Part shown: positions 21,805-35,980 of the stretch, one piece after another
Layout: each line of letters begins with the position of its first letter
Position numbering within the stretch: position 1 is the first letter of the stretch
Source: Atractiella rhizophila
Lineage: Eukaryota
Direction: 5' to 3'
NCBI GenBank assembly: GCA_021432655.1
Contig: MU271531.1
Span: 13,120-49,099, forward strand
Length of the DNA stretch: 35,980 nucleotides
Program-made: the position numbers and the translations under genes
The notes under the pieces: generated by a model
Seen by the model: the letters and a program-made list of their open reading frames with translations, nothing else
The model's database searches: none
What the model was told of the DNA's origin: nothing

Positions 21805-22671
21805 ACCACCAGATGGGAAAGCCCTGTGAAAGATCATAATCCAACAGTGGTTCCACTGTCTCTAGGAGGGGTAGTCTGGAGTCCAGCAATTGTAAAATTC
21901 GGTCGTAATAAGATATACTGAGCAGTACTAGTGAGAAAGGATAATAAGGCGAAAATGGAGACAGTGCAGACCGGCAAAACGTATAAGGTTTGCTGAGCGG
22001 CGATTCGTGTGAGAAAGGGAAAGCGGGGGGATAGTGCGGGCATAAGCAAAGCGGCGATGGGTAAGCACGTGATCCTATGACGTGGCAAAGTAGGTCACAT
22101 GATTTCAGATGGTGCATTTCAGTAATGCGTAGGGGCAAGCCTGACAGATAGGAAGAATCCTAGGTGACTTTCTTCTACAATGTATGCTTCCCAGTGTGGT
22201 AGGAAGAATCCTAGTCTCAACATCCTGGACAAGCTGGTCAAAGAGGTCAGTACAAACATCAAAAAGTGGCTGATAAGAGCAGTCTGCAGCTCTTGAGCAA
22301 CAGTGTTCCCTATGTGGTCAAACATTCTGTTTAGCATGCAAGAGATTCCCCACTTCTACCATCCCCTTTACTCATTTGGTACTTGGTATGAGAAGGCTCA
22401 CTGCGTCAATGCCAAATGTAACAGCCCCTCCATCTATTAAGATACTCTGCATCGTACCGTTGTGAACACCTTCAACTATCCATCAATATTGCAATATTGC
22501 ATCAATCCCACACTGGTGGAACGTACACGACGAACCAAAGGCGAACGCCGAACACGTCGCATTCGCAAAAATTTCTGCCACTTTCTCACCAACTCACGCG
22601 TCCTTTGAGATCGTTCCTACACCAGTAATAGTTAGTAATAGTCAGATTAATCTTATCACGGGTGCATAGAT

Positions 22672-24105
22672 ATGTCCGGCTCAGCCTCCTCTTCAAAATC
22701 GATATCTTTCTTCCCTGCCCAGTCATGGGTCCACTTCGTCGCAGGCGGGTGAGCCTCTCGTTGCTTTGCACCATTTCAGATTCCAGATCACTTACCATCT
22801 GTGTTGTGTCGCAGGACGGGTGGAATGTGCGGAGCCATAGCCACTGCTCCTTTTGATTTGGTAAAGACGCGGTTACAGAGCGATTTGTATGATGGGAGTG
22901 GAGGAAAGAAGGATTTGAAGGGAAAGGGGAAGGAGGTTGTTGGTCCAAGTCGGAGTGGAATCAGGAGGGCCTGGGTGCATTTTAGGGAGACAGGAGGGAT
23001 TCTTAGGTACGCTTGTCTCCTCTACTTTGTCACTAGGTTGTTTTCAATTTTCAGCGCAAGGCCGTTACCAGAGGTTATCTAATCATAATGTTGACACTCT
23101 CGTTTCTGTCTTTCGCTTGATCTCTCTTTGAATGGGTTGGACTTATGAGGAGTTGTCCATAGGGATATCTACAAATACGAAGGACCGCGTGCACTCTTCA
23201 AAGGTTTGGGTCCAACATTAGTCGGCGTAGTGCCCGCCCGGTTCGTTCCCATCTCTCCTCTTACATTCTGCTGGACTCACGACAAGAAGGCAGTTCGATA
23301 AACTTCTTCACATACGGGAACGGCAAACAAATGTATGCACATTACCTCAACGACGGCAAAGAGAATCCGGCGATTCACCTCCTCGCTGGATTCACGGCTG
23401 GCCTTGCGACCGCTACATTCACAAACCCGATATGGGTGGTGAAGACGCGACTTCAGTTGGAGAATTCCCAGCGAGAGCCGTCCAGCGCTAAACCATCGAC
23501 GTCACATGCTTCTTCCTCATCAACAGCTTCGACGTCCTCACGTCACGTCTCTTCGACCTCGTCGATAAGAACAGCAAACGCTTACTCTACAGCAGCCATC
23601 CCCCAAAAAACAACCTCTGTAATCGTCATCCGTCAGATCTTGAAAAATGAAGGTATCAAAGGGTACTATCGCGGTCTGTCAGCTTCGTATCTTGGCTGTG
23701 CGGAGGGAACGCTGCAGTGGACACTTTATGAGCAGTTTAAGCGATTGGGGAGGAGGGATGGAAAGGAAGTGGGCACCATACAGCAGATGCTGGCTAGTGG
23801 AGGGGCGAAGCTTATCGCCACTGCTATTACTTATCCTCATGAGGTGCGTGTTCTCTAACATGCTCTGGAATGCTGATCATGATGTTGATTCCTAATAGGT
23901 TGTCCGCACCCGACTCCGTCAGGCTCCACCGGCCAATGGGGAATTGAAGTATAAGGGATTGTGGCAAACTTTCCGCGTGATAGCCATGGAAGAGGGTGTA
24001 GTGGCTTTCTATGGGGGGATGAGCGCGCATCTCATGAGGGTGATACCAAATGCTGTCGTCATGTTTTACGTCTATGAAGGCGCGCTGAAATTGTTTCAAA
24101 AGTGA
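22672..24105 (+). CDS. RIM2: Mitochondrial pyrimidine nucleotide carrier (SLC25A33/36-like), copy 1, spliced
   Basis: [59 protein letters not shown]: three carrier signatures; stop TGA 24103-24105. Confidence 0.9.
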
Positions 24106-24590
24106 TGGTGAGTCTGTCAGCGTCATTTTTTTTGGTGTGACCAAATGAGCTGATGATCAGAAATGGGTAGAATTGTGTCGCGGTTATCATTATTTATCTT
24201 ACTCCCACTCCCTACGCAACCGTACGCATGCCCGATAGATCGCAATTCACGACTCTACCTATCCCTGCTTGCTCTTTACTATTAGCTTACCTAAGTAAAT
24301 ACCCCGTATCGTCCATCAGATTTTGCAAATGGATGGATTAATACCATGAAATCATTCGACCTCTCCCCCTTCTCCTCAAGGGACCATGTTTTCAAAAGTA
24401 CAAAGTTGAAGCATCAAGGAAGCACAGAAGCCAATTACCAACAAAAGAAGTACAAAGCTGAACTAAATCCCCGAAAAAGTAAAGATTGGTCGAGTAAGCG
24501 TAGATTCTCGATCAACGTCGGGTAACAGTATAAAAAAACAGCGAGCACTCACGTTCCTCCTCCATAGGCTTAGAGACCTTTTTGACCAGC

Positions 24591-25794
<1,204 letters not shown>

Positions 25795-26000
25795 ACACCT
25801 TCAACTATCCATCAATATTGCAATATTGCATCAATCCCACACTGGTGGAACGTACACGACGAACCAAAGGCGAACGCCGAACACGTCGCATTCGCAAAAA
25901 TTTCTGCCACTTTCTCACCAACTCACGCGTCCTTTGAGATCGTTCCTACACCAGTAATAGTTAGTAATAGTCAGATTAATCTTATCACGGGTGCATAGAT

Positions 26001-27434
26001 ATGTCCGGCTCAGCCTCCTCTTCAAAATCGATATCTTTCTTCCCTGCCCAGTCATGGGTCCACTTCGTCGCAGGCGGGTGAGCCTCTCGTTGCTTTGCAC
26101 CATTTCAGATTCCAGATCACTTACCATCTGTGTTGTGTCGCAGGACGGGTGGAATGTGCGGAGCCATAGCCACTGCTCCTTTTGATTTGGTAAAGACGCG
26201 GTTACAGAGCGATTTGTATGATGGGAGTGGAGGAAAGAAGGATTTGAAGGGAAAGGGGAAGGAGGTTGTTGGTCCAAGTCGGAGTGGAATCAGGAGGGCC
26301 TGGGTGCATTTTAGGGAGACAGGAGGGATTCTTAGGTACGCTTGTCTCCTCTACTTTGTCACTAGGTTGTTTTCAATTTTCAGCGCAAGGCCGTTACCAG
26401 AGGTTATCTAATCATAATGTTGACACTCTCGTTTCTGTCTTTCGCTTGATCTCTCTTTGAATGGGTTGGACTTATGAGGAGTTGTCCATAGGGATATCTA
26501 CAAATACGAAGGACCGCGTGCACTCTTCAAAGGTTTGGGTCCAACATTAGTCGGCGTAGTGCCCGCCCGGTTCGTTCCCATCTCTCCTCTTACATTCTGC
26601 TGGACTCACGACAAGAAGGCAGTTCGATAAACTTCTTCACATACGGGAACGGCAAACAAATGTATGCACATTACCTCAACGACGGCAAAGAGAATCCGGC
26701 GATTCACCTCCTCGCTGGATTCACGGCTGGCCTTGCGACCGCTACATTCACAAACCCGATATGGGTGGTGAAGACGCGACTTCAGTTGGAGAATTCCCAG
26801 CGAGAGCCGTCCAGCGCTAAACCATCGACGTCACATGCTTCTTCCTCATCAACAGCTTCGACGTCCTCACGTCACGTCTCTTCGACCTCGTCGATAAGAA
26901 CAGCAAACGCTTACTCTACAGCAGCCATCCCCCAAAAAACAACCTCTGTAATCGTCATCCGTCAGATCTTGAAAAATGAAGGTATCAAAGGGTACTATCG
27001 CGGTCTGTCAGCTTCGTATCTTGGCTGTGCGGAGGGAACGCTGCAGTGGACACTTTATGAGCAGTTTAAGCGATTGGGGAGGAGGGATGGAAAGGAAGTG
27101 GGCACCATACAGCAGATGCTGGCTAGTGGAGGGGCGAAGCTTATCGCCACTGCTATTACTTATCCTCATGAGGTGCGTGTTCTCTAACATGCTCTGGAAT
27201 GCTGATCATGATGTTGATTCCTAATAGGTTGTCCGCACCCGACTCCGTCAGGCTCCACCGGCCAATGGGGAATTGAAGTATAAGGGATTGTGGCAAACTT
27301 TCCGCGTGATAGCCATGGAAGAGGGTGTAGTGGCTTTCTATGGGGGGATGAGCGCGCATCTCATGAGGGTGATACCAAATGCTGTCGTCATGTTTTACGT
27401 CTATGAAGGCGCGCTGAAATTGTTTCAAAAGTGA
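26001..27434 (+). CDS. RIM2: Mitochondrial pyrimidine nucleotide carrier, copy 2
   Basis: Appears identical to copy 1 at offset 3329. Confidence 0.9.
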
Positions 27435-27920
27435 TGGTGAGTCTGTCAGCGTCACTTTTTTGGTGTGACAAGATGAGGCTGATGATCAGCAATGGGTAGA
27501 ACTATTTCGCAGTTATCATTATTTATCTTACTCCCACTCCCTACGCAACCGTATGCATGCCCGATAGATCGCAATTCACGACTCTACCTATCCCTGCTGG
27601 CTCTTTAGTATTAGCTTACCTAAGTAAATACCCCGTATCGTCCAGCAGATTTTGCAAATGGATGGATTAATACCATGAAATCATTCGACCTCTCCCCGTT
27701 CTCCTCGAGGGACCATGTTTTCAAAAGTACAAAGTTGAAGCACCAAGGAAGCAGAAGCTAATTATTACCAACAAAAGAAGTACAAAGCTGAACTAAATCC
27801 CCGAAAAAGCAAAGATTGGTCGAGTAATCGTAGATTCTCGATCAACTTTGGGTAACAGTATCAAAAAAACAGCGAGCACTCACGTTCCTCCTCCATAGCT
27901 TAGAGAATTTTTTGACCAGC

Positions 27921-29605
27921 ATGGCACCAATGACACCCGTAGTGGACAATGCGGCTGGAGGCAGCTACTTCACCCTCCCGAATGGGCTGGGACTCAACAT
28001 GATGGACGACACGAGAATCAAAGGCTACCGTCCTCTGCTTCCACCCCAGATCCTCATGGAGGAATACCCTGCGAATATTAACGCTATTCAGACTGTAGCA
28101 AAAGGACGGAAGGGAGTTGAGGACATCTTGAATGGGAATGATGATCGGCTGTTCGTGGTATGTGGATCTCCTCAAGGTATTCTGCTAGGTTGCGGTGGTG
28201 AAGTGTCCAAACAGGTTGTTGGACCTTGTTCTGTGCACGATGTAAAAGCTGCTTTGGAATATGGTATGTTGCCGTGCTGTGCTTCAGTCCGACGCTGAGC
28301 ATTGCACCGTAGCCGAAAAATTACGACAATATGCTACAGAGGCGAGAGGCGATTTGCATATCCTGATGAGGTGAGATTCTCTCTCATTTCACCGTATATC
28401 AATACGCTAACAGGTTAACAGAGTATATTTCGAAAAGGTCCGCTTTTTTCTCTATGATCTGTGACAAATACCAATATCGAGCTGTTCAGCCGAGGACTAC
28501 AGTAGGATGGAAAGGGCTGATTAACGACCCTCACCTAGATGGATCTTTCAATATCAACACAGGTCTACGTTTAGCTCGAGCTCTCCTCCTAGAAATCGTG
28601 AGGACCATCTGTTGCAGCATCATTCCCATCTGAATTCGTGGATTCAGGTTTCAAGTGGTCTCCCCACCGCTTGTGAATTCCTCGATGTTATCAGCCCACA
28701 ATATACGGCCGATCTCGTCTCATGGGGCGCGATCGGAGCTCGAAGTCTGTTCTTTCTCAACCGTTTAACAATTATCTCATTCTTCTTTCCAGCAACGGAG
28801 TCACAAGTGCATCGGGAACTGGCTTCTGCCCTTTCAGCACCAGTAGGATTCAAGAACGGCACTGATGGATCCGTATCGATCGCTATTGATGCTATTCGGG
28901 CTGCGAGTTCCGAACACGTCTTCCTCTCTGTCACAAAACAGGGATTGAGCGCCATCTTTGAGACGACTGGCAATCCTTCAACGCATATCATCCTTCGAGG
29001 CAGTAATAGTGGACCAAACTATGAAAAGGAATTTGTGAAGAAGGTAGCTGGGGAGCTGGAAAAGGCCCAGCTTACCCCAAAAATCATGATCGGTTCGCCA
29101 TAGCTCCATTCCATGCCACAACATAACCTGAGAGATGGATACAGACTGCTCACATGGCAACTCTAAGAAGGACTACCGCAATCAGTCTATCGTCGCTGAG
29201 GATATCATGAAGCAACTCTCTGATCCTGATGGTTCTGGAACAGCGAAGAACATCGTTGGTGTGATGATCGAATCAAACCTCAATGAAGGCAAGCAGAGCA
29301 TCCCTCAGGAGGGACCTGAAGGATTGAAATATGGAGTGAGCGTGACTGATTGTAAGTTCTGCTCCGTTATGCGCTTTCTCAAACAAGCTCACACTTGTTT
29401 CTCTGTAGCATGCCTCTCCTGGGAAAAGACGGTCGAAGTTCTGGAGATGCTCCGCCAAGGAGTAAAGGCTCGACGCATGAACAGCAAGACGAACGGCTCC
29501 ATCTCTCCCAAGCGAAATAGCGCCTGGAGTGGCGCTCAGACCCCAGGACAAGCGCCGCCCACTGGCCAAAAGTTCAATTCATTGGACATGTTCAAGAGAC
29601 ATTAA
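27921..29605 (+). CDS. DAHP synthase class I-alpha (ARO3/ARO4 family), complete, spliced
   Basis: [94 protein letters not shown]3 versus ARO4 not resolved. Confidence 0.96.
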
Positions 29606-29870
29606 ATTCAAAAGCTGATTGGATCGGCGCCACTTCTTTTTTGTCAATTGCTCATGAGCATGACACCTGATCAATGTAGAAAACAGGCTGTAGATATACC
29701 TTTGTCCAAGGGGGGATGTGTGAAGTGGAAAGATCTGTCCCTACTCATTAATTGCACATAAGGGTGTAGCTACTTATTGCGATTTACCATTGTACCTATA
29801 TACTGATACGGATAAGTAATGGCACAACAAACATCATCTCACGAAATGCATATCCTCAACAAACTGGGCA

Positions 29871-31249
29871 CTATCCCCTCAGAAAGTAACTGCGACTGCC
29901 GTGAACGAATGAATCTGAGGGTCGAAGAATCTATGAGAGCTCGTCAGGATATACAATGGTAGTCTAGCAAGCACTCGCTTTGACATTGCAAACGAGGTAT
30001 TCGTCAACGCAAAGCATTGCAGCTGCGTTATCGAACTGACCAGCATAGTTCGGTGCACTGAAGACCGTCAGGAGCTGCCGATTGGCGAAGAACTCGTATC
30101 CGTCTTCGACAACCTGATCACAGCATACGATAAATGTGTTGAGGGGCAAAGTGGCATTACGAAAGACGTACTTGGTGAGCTCTGCAGATAAGGTCCAAGT
30201 TGTGTTCTGCTAAGAAAGACGCAACCACGTCCGGTCCGAAAGTGTATGACCTGACTTGATCCGTCAACGAGATTGGTTGACCTTTTGAGGAGAAAGACTT
30301 ACGCCCCTCTATCATTCGCTCCCCATCCTTGAACATCGGGATCGGGATCGGACCATAACAAATCACACAGGAGGCCTATGTGATTTATTTCAGGACGTCT
30401 GGAGGACATGGCAGAGAAACCAAAGCCAAACCAGTATCAGGAATGTCGGTTGGCCGCATCATCGAACGAATCTGGTCCAAGGAGTGCAGGTCCGGACTCA
30501 AGCCGCCATGCATCGCAAGGATACGGTCTTCGATGAGTGCTACGGCGGGTAGACAGTTGAAGAGGTCGGTAAAGGTTTTCCACAGCTTGATGTTGAACCG
30601 TCGTTTGCCTATAACTAGATCGCTCAATCTCCATAACCAGGTTAGCAGTGAGAACACACATTCGTCGTAGAATCCATATATTCGATTTACCGAAGCACTT
30701 TCGTGATTCCCTCCTGCGGGATGGTTAAGGTGGGGAAATGAGAAGGTAGAACGCACGAAGGAGGAACATGTTTTCGGGATATTTAATCTTGTAAGCTAAA
30801 AGTAGGCAGATCGTCTCCAAGCTGTGCTTGCCTCTATCGACATAATCTCCCAAGAAGAGATAATTGGCGTCAGGTGGAAACCCTCCCATTTCGAAAAGGC
30901 TCAATAAGTCACTGAATTGGCCATGAATATCGCCTACTCCCACGAAGATTCAACATATATCAGCGCATCCAGGTCTATGATTAGAGAGAAACGAACCACA
31001 AATATTGACGTTCCCTTCAAGCTCAAGTAGCATGGGTTGGCTTAAGAATATCTCTCTAGCAGTCGCACAGAGCCATCGTATCTCTGATTCGCGCAAGAAG
31101 ACTTCTCTCGGGGTTCGACGACCGCGTACTGGTAAAAGAATCAATAAAGATTTCTCCTTGGGCCGTGAACTTTGACGAAACAGACCTGCAAGCAAGCGCG
31201 CTATTATGTCGTCCACGTCTACCTCTAGCTCTAAGTGGAATGAGGGCAT
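29871..31249 (-). CDS. Protein phosphatase 1 (PP1/Glc7-like) catalytic subunit, divergent, spliced
   Basis: [49 protein letters not shown]. Last intron is GC-AG (29931-29978). Stop TAG 29871-29873. Confidence 0.93.
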
Positions 31250-31645
31250 TTTTAACGTGTAGATTACTGAGTAGTTTGGTAGTCGTAATGCCAGTAAAGT
31301 AGCAATAATGTGATGTTAAGCTGGCCGAGCAGACGTGACGTTAAAAGAGGCAGACCAGCAGTAGGTTGTCGCCTGTAATAGCTCGAGTGCAAGGATATAG
31401 GAATGTTGGTGCAGCTGCAGGAATAAGACCGGTAAGATGCGAGGAAAACTCGAAGAAGTGTTGGCGGAAGACGCTACTAGTAATCAGTACGAGTATTAGT
31501 GCAATGAATCGTGCCCAAGGCAATTACGCAACAATTTCAAATTCAGGATGGAAGGGCAAGGGATCAGGTGCAGGATCAGGTGACACGACACAAACTGGCA
31601 TTCTAATTCACAACACATCTATATTCCTTTTATAAACAAACCAAC

Positions 31646-33715
31646 TCAGATTAGTTTAGCCACGTCCATAAGACCTCCAATAAGATGCAAGCTGCCCGTA
31701 ACAAGGACATCGACTGTTCCCTCCGTCTGTACCAACTGGATGGCATCTTCAATCGACGGGAGGACGGATACTGCCGTCTCTGAAGTTCTGAATGGCGTCA
31801 GATCGTCGCGTTGAACGAGGACCCTCCAAATATCCGCGAGCTCCTGTTGAACCGTCATCTGCTGTAGCGATTCGGGCGAGATGTTCGACGCCTGCAGATC
31901 TAGCATCAATTTGCAGCGGTCAGCATCGTCTCAGGGCACACGAAGGCGAGACGCACCTCCTTTGAACCCTCCATCTTTGTAGGTGACATTGGTGCAAAAG
32001 ATGACATTGTCGAAGAATCGATCGAGCGTCTTTTTGCCGTCTTCAAACGCGACCCCAGCGGCGGTGGTGAGGAAGGAATCGAGGAGCGACTCCCCCGATC
32101 TTCCGGAGGTACAGTTGAAAATCAAGACGCGCTTCCTGTTCGGACTTCACGGTACACCGTCAGCAACCTCACCACAGAAAGAGGAGACGAAACCCACTGT
32201 GTCTTTACTGTGTCTACCCACCATTCAGCACAGACCTTGAGACTTTCCACAGTGTGAGCGCCGTCCAACAACCACCTGAGCCTCCCCCTCTCTGCAATCT
32301 GGCATCTCCCTGGCCATCGCACTTCTTCAAGCCCTTTGACGATGAGAGGAGGAAGGGGAGAAGGAGCGATGATGGATGAATGGAGATGCGGAGGAGTTGT
32401 AGAGGTGGCGAGGTCCGCGGTGGGATTGAGGAAGGCTAGGACCATGGAGACGGCGAGGGAAGCATTAGAGAGCTGATGTACTCCAGCTAGCCCAAGTGTT
32501 AGGTGTCGAAGCTCGGGATTGATGGTGACGACGTTGAAGGAGCGGACCTATTCATTTACTCATGAACAGGAATCGGTAAGCAAAGTCGAGAAAGGACCTA
32601 CATTGGCTTCTGTGGCTTTCCGCTTGAGAACTTCGAATCCTTCTTGTGGCTGTTCCACAGTGAAGGCAGGCACGTCTTGCTACACCCAGCTTTAAAGCTC
32701 GTTCTACAGGACAAATGCAACAGAATAATACCTTGTAAATCCCTCCTTTCTGATCTGCGATCTCAGGTATAGTTTTCCCTAAAACGGTGACATGATCTAT
32801 GCCCAAGCTCGTGATACCAGCAATCTTCGGCTTTGGGACAATGTTAGTCGAGTCAAAAGTGCCTCCGATGCCGACCTCTACTATTGAGGCGTCGACCTAG
32901 ATTTTCAACGATCAAATCATCTTTGCGTAACGGAGAGGGAGGAGGCAGGATACCTTCTCGGAGAGAAAGACGTGCCACATCAGGAGCGTGAGGTACCGAA
33001 AATACATTGGTTTGGGTTTCATGTCACTCTCATCTCCGACCTATTGTACCGTTATGTCAGAAATTGAATTCTTCATCAACAGATGAGTAAGAGGAGTACA
33101 CACCTTCTTTGCGCTTTCTTCCAGGCGATCCCAAACTTCCCAAAAAGTATTTAGCAAACTTCTCCTCCTCCAAAGGCCGACCATCGATCATTATCCGCTC
33201 CCTAACAGCGACCAAATGGGGGGATGTGTACATTCCGACCTTGAGCTCAGGTTTCATACAACGCAAGAGCGAATCGCAGAAAGCTGATGTCGATCCTTTG
33301 CCTTTCGTTCCCGTGATATGGATGACATTCAGCTTGTTGAGGTCTTCGAGCTGTTGATATCTCAGTCTTCTTTCTGTGAATGTTGAGGAGGAAATTCGCG
33401 TACTTGGTACCCTATCCGCTTAACGTATTCCCTGTCTTCGTCTATGCTCCTTCTACCATTCACGTTAGGTCTCCCTGACTTCCGGATCTGGTCTAACACT
33501 TGATGGTTGGTCTGAAGGCTGTTGAGGGCTTCCACAGCTGACTGTGAGCGCTATTCAGCTGAGAAAACGCGTGATACCAGGGAGAGAGTTACCTTGTAGT
33601 CTCTAGTAGCCATACTGTGACTTCTCCTGCTTAACAGCCTTTTGACAGAGAAACAACGGCGGAGGCGTTGGACGAGCATCGAAACTTTCGAAAGCCTGCT
33701 AAACCTTACTAACAT
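31646..33715 (-). CDS. Folylpolyglutamate synthase (MET7/FOL3 family), spliced; apparent +1 frameshift at about 33139-33146
   Basis: LNSLQTN, VIHITGTKGKGST, YTSPHL..VRERI, EVGIGGTFDSTN, SLGIDH, WPGRCQ, LDGAHT, LVTGSLHLIG. Confidence 0.93.
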
Positions 33716-33862
33716 CAACCACAACCGCGCGGATCCGCTGCAGACGACAACGAAGACAATTTCTGAATTTAGGCAGGAATCTACGTGCTCTTGAAGAGCA
33801 TATCACACATCCATCAGCACCTTCACTCGTTCACATCATTAGGTCAACAGGCACTCGTTACC

Positions 33863-34560
33863 ATGCCACAAGAGAAGAAATCAGCCCTTGTCGCAGACTC
33901 TGAACTTGGAGGTTCGCTTTCCTTGTGGCCGCCTAACATGTATGCGACAACGATGCAGCTTCTGACGTTTGAGATGTGTAGATATCTGCGACGAAGGAGG
34001 TAAGCATGTCTGGAACAAAGCAGCCACTCCAGTCGACTATTTTCTTGCCGTCGCCTGCTGCCCTTGCTACATGTATGTAGCGCAATCTCTCTCAGTCTCC
34101 ATGGCTAACTAGTTCCACAAAGCTTTCTATCTCTCGTAATGTCTCAATCCTCAGCGCTCGCCAATCCCCTGCTCGAACAATGCACTGGAAACAAGAGACA
34201 CAAGGAAGGTGAAGAGGTGCCTCCCTTCCTCTCCTCTCCTTAAATCTAGAGCTTGACATCGCCTTTCTTTCCTTCGTCCAGGCAACCTGTATCAAGTGTG
34301 GCCTCACGCGAGTCGAAGCGCAGGTACGCTAGCCGTCCACTTTCTTCCTCCGAGCCCTCTTTCAAGGCTTTCGAAGCAATGTTTATTGATCATGACCTTT
34401 GAATAGAACCTCAACGAAGCGCGAAGGCGCGAAGCTCAGAATCAAGGAAATGCTGCTCCGGGCTACTTCAGCAGTCAGATGCGCGTATGTCTTTCCCCCT
34501 TCTCTCCTCATCTTGAACCTCTCAAACGACAGCGTTAATGTAAAATCAGGTTCCGGAGGC
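33863..34560 (+). CDS. Small spliced Cys-rich hypothetical protein, loosely BRI3/LITAF-like; exon structure and end uncertain
   Basis: ATG 33863 (MPQEKKSALVADSELG), exons ICDEGGKHVW..YFLAVACCPCY and ATCIKCGLTRVEAQ bounded by GT-AG signals; I could not reconcile all phases. Confidence 0.4.
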
Positions 34561-34876
34561 GGTTGCATGAGCTCTCGCTCCTTCTTTCCTGTACGGACTT
34601 ATACACGTTCTCTAGTTCTGTCTCTTCCCGTTCTGTAGATATGAAACGGCGCTATTTGGGATAATGCAGTCTCTCTTTCGTGCATACCTCAGTTTCATCT
34701 CTCAGCATTTAGAGCGGTTGCACGATTACGTTCCTAGTAAAGCTGCAGATAGAACCTTTAGCGACACCTGAAATGATTTCGACGAACAAAATCGATGGCT
34801 TGCGAAGACAAGTAAACCTCATTATTCTACATTCGTTAATTTTGTTCCTCTCACCGTCACTGGCATAACAGGGCAA

Positions 34877-35980
<1,104 letters not shown>

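Noticed and set aside
21826..22146. Another possible solo LTR (TGTGAAAG...CCTGACA)
   Set aside because: Flanks (AGCCC, GATAG) are not a TSD and there is no second copy in the window.

Overview
Eukaryotic window from an intron-rich fungus (introns of about 50 nt, basidiomycete-like gene content) with three zones. (1) 1-4312: an NLR-type immune gene with a probable patatin tail, a STAND NTPase and about 19 near-identical 120-bp TPR units. (2) About 4870-21804: a nest of mobile elements. A Ty1/copia element (5' LTR, PBS, gag, protease) is joined in frame to the 3' half of a chromodomain Ty3/gypsy element. Its gag is split by an 11.3-kb DNA element (8556-19888) with TAY...RTA ends, imperfect terminal and subterminal inverted repeats and a 6-bp TSD (TTTTCG), i.e. 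IS3EU-like hallmarks. That element has no recognisable transposase but carries a TET/JBP-type dioxygenase, an alpha-kinase and an RTC4-like domain, all decayed. It hosts a 2.16-kb foldback element with 756-bp TIRs and a 9-bp TSD (AcademH- or MULE-like). A gypsy solo LTR with a 5-bp TSD sits in the copia LTR. (3) 22321-35980: housekeeping genes, namely a 3.33-kb tandem duplication (two RIM2-like carriers, one truncated and one complete DAHP synthase), a divergent PP1, folylpolyglutamate synthase, a small Cys-rich gene and the 3' part of CDC48. All family calls come from motif recognition by eye; no searches were run.
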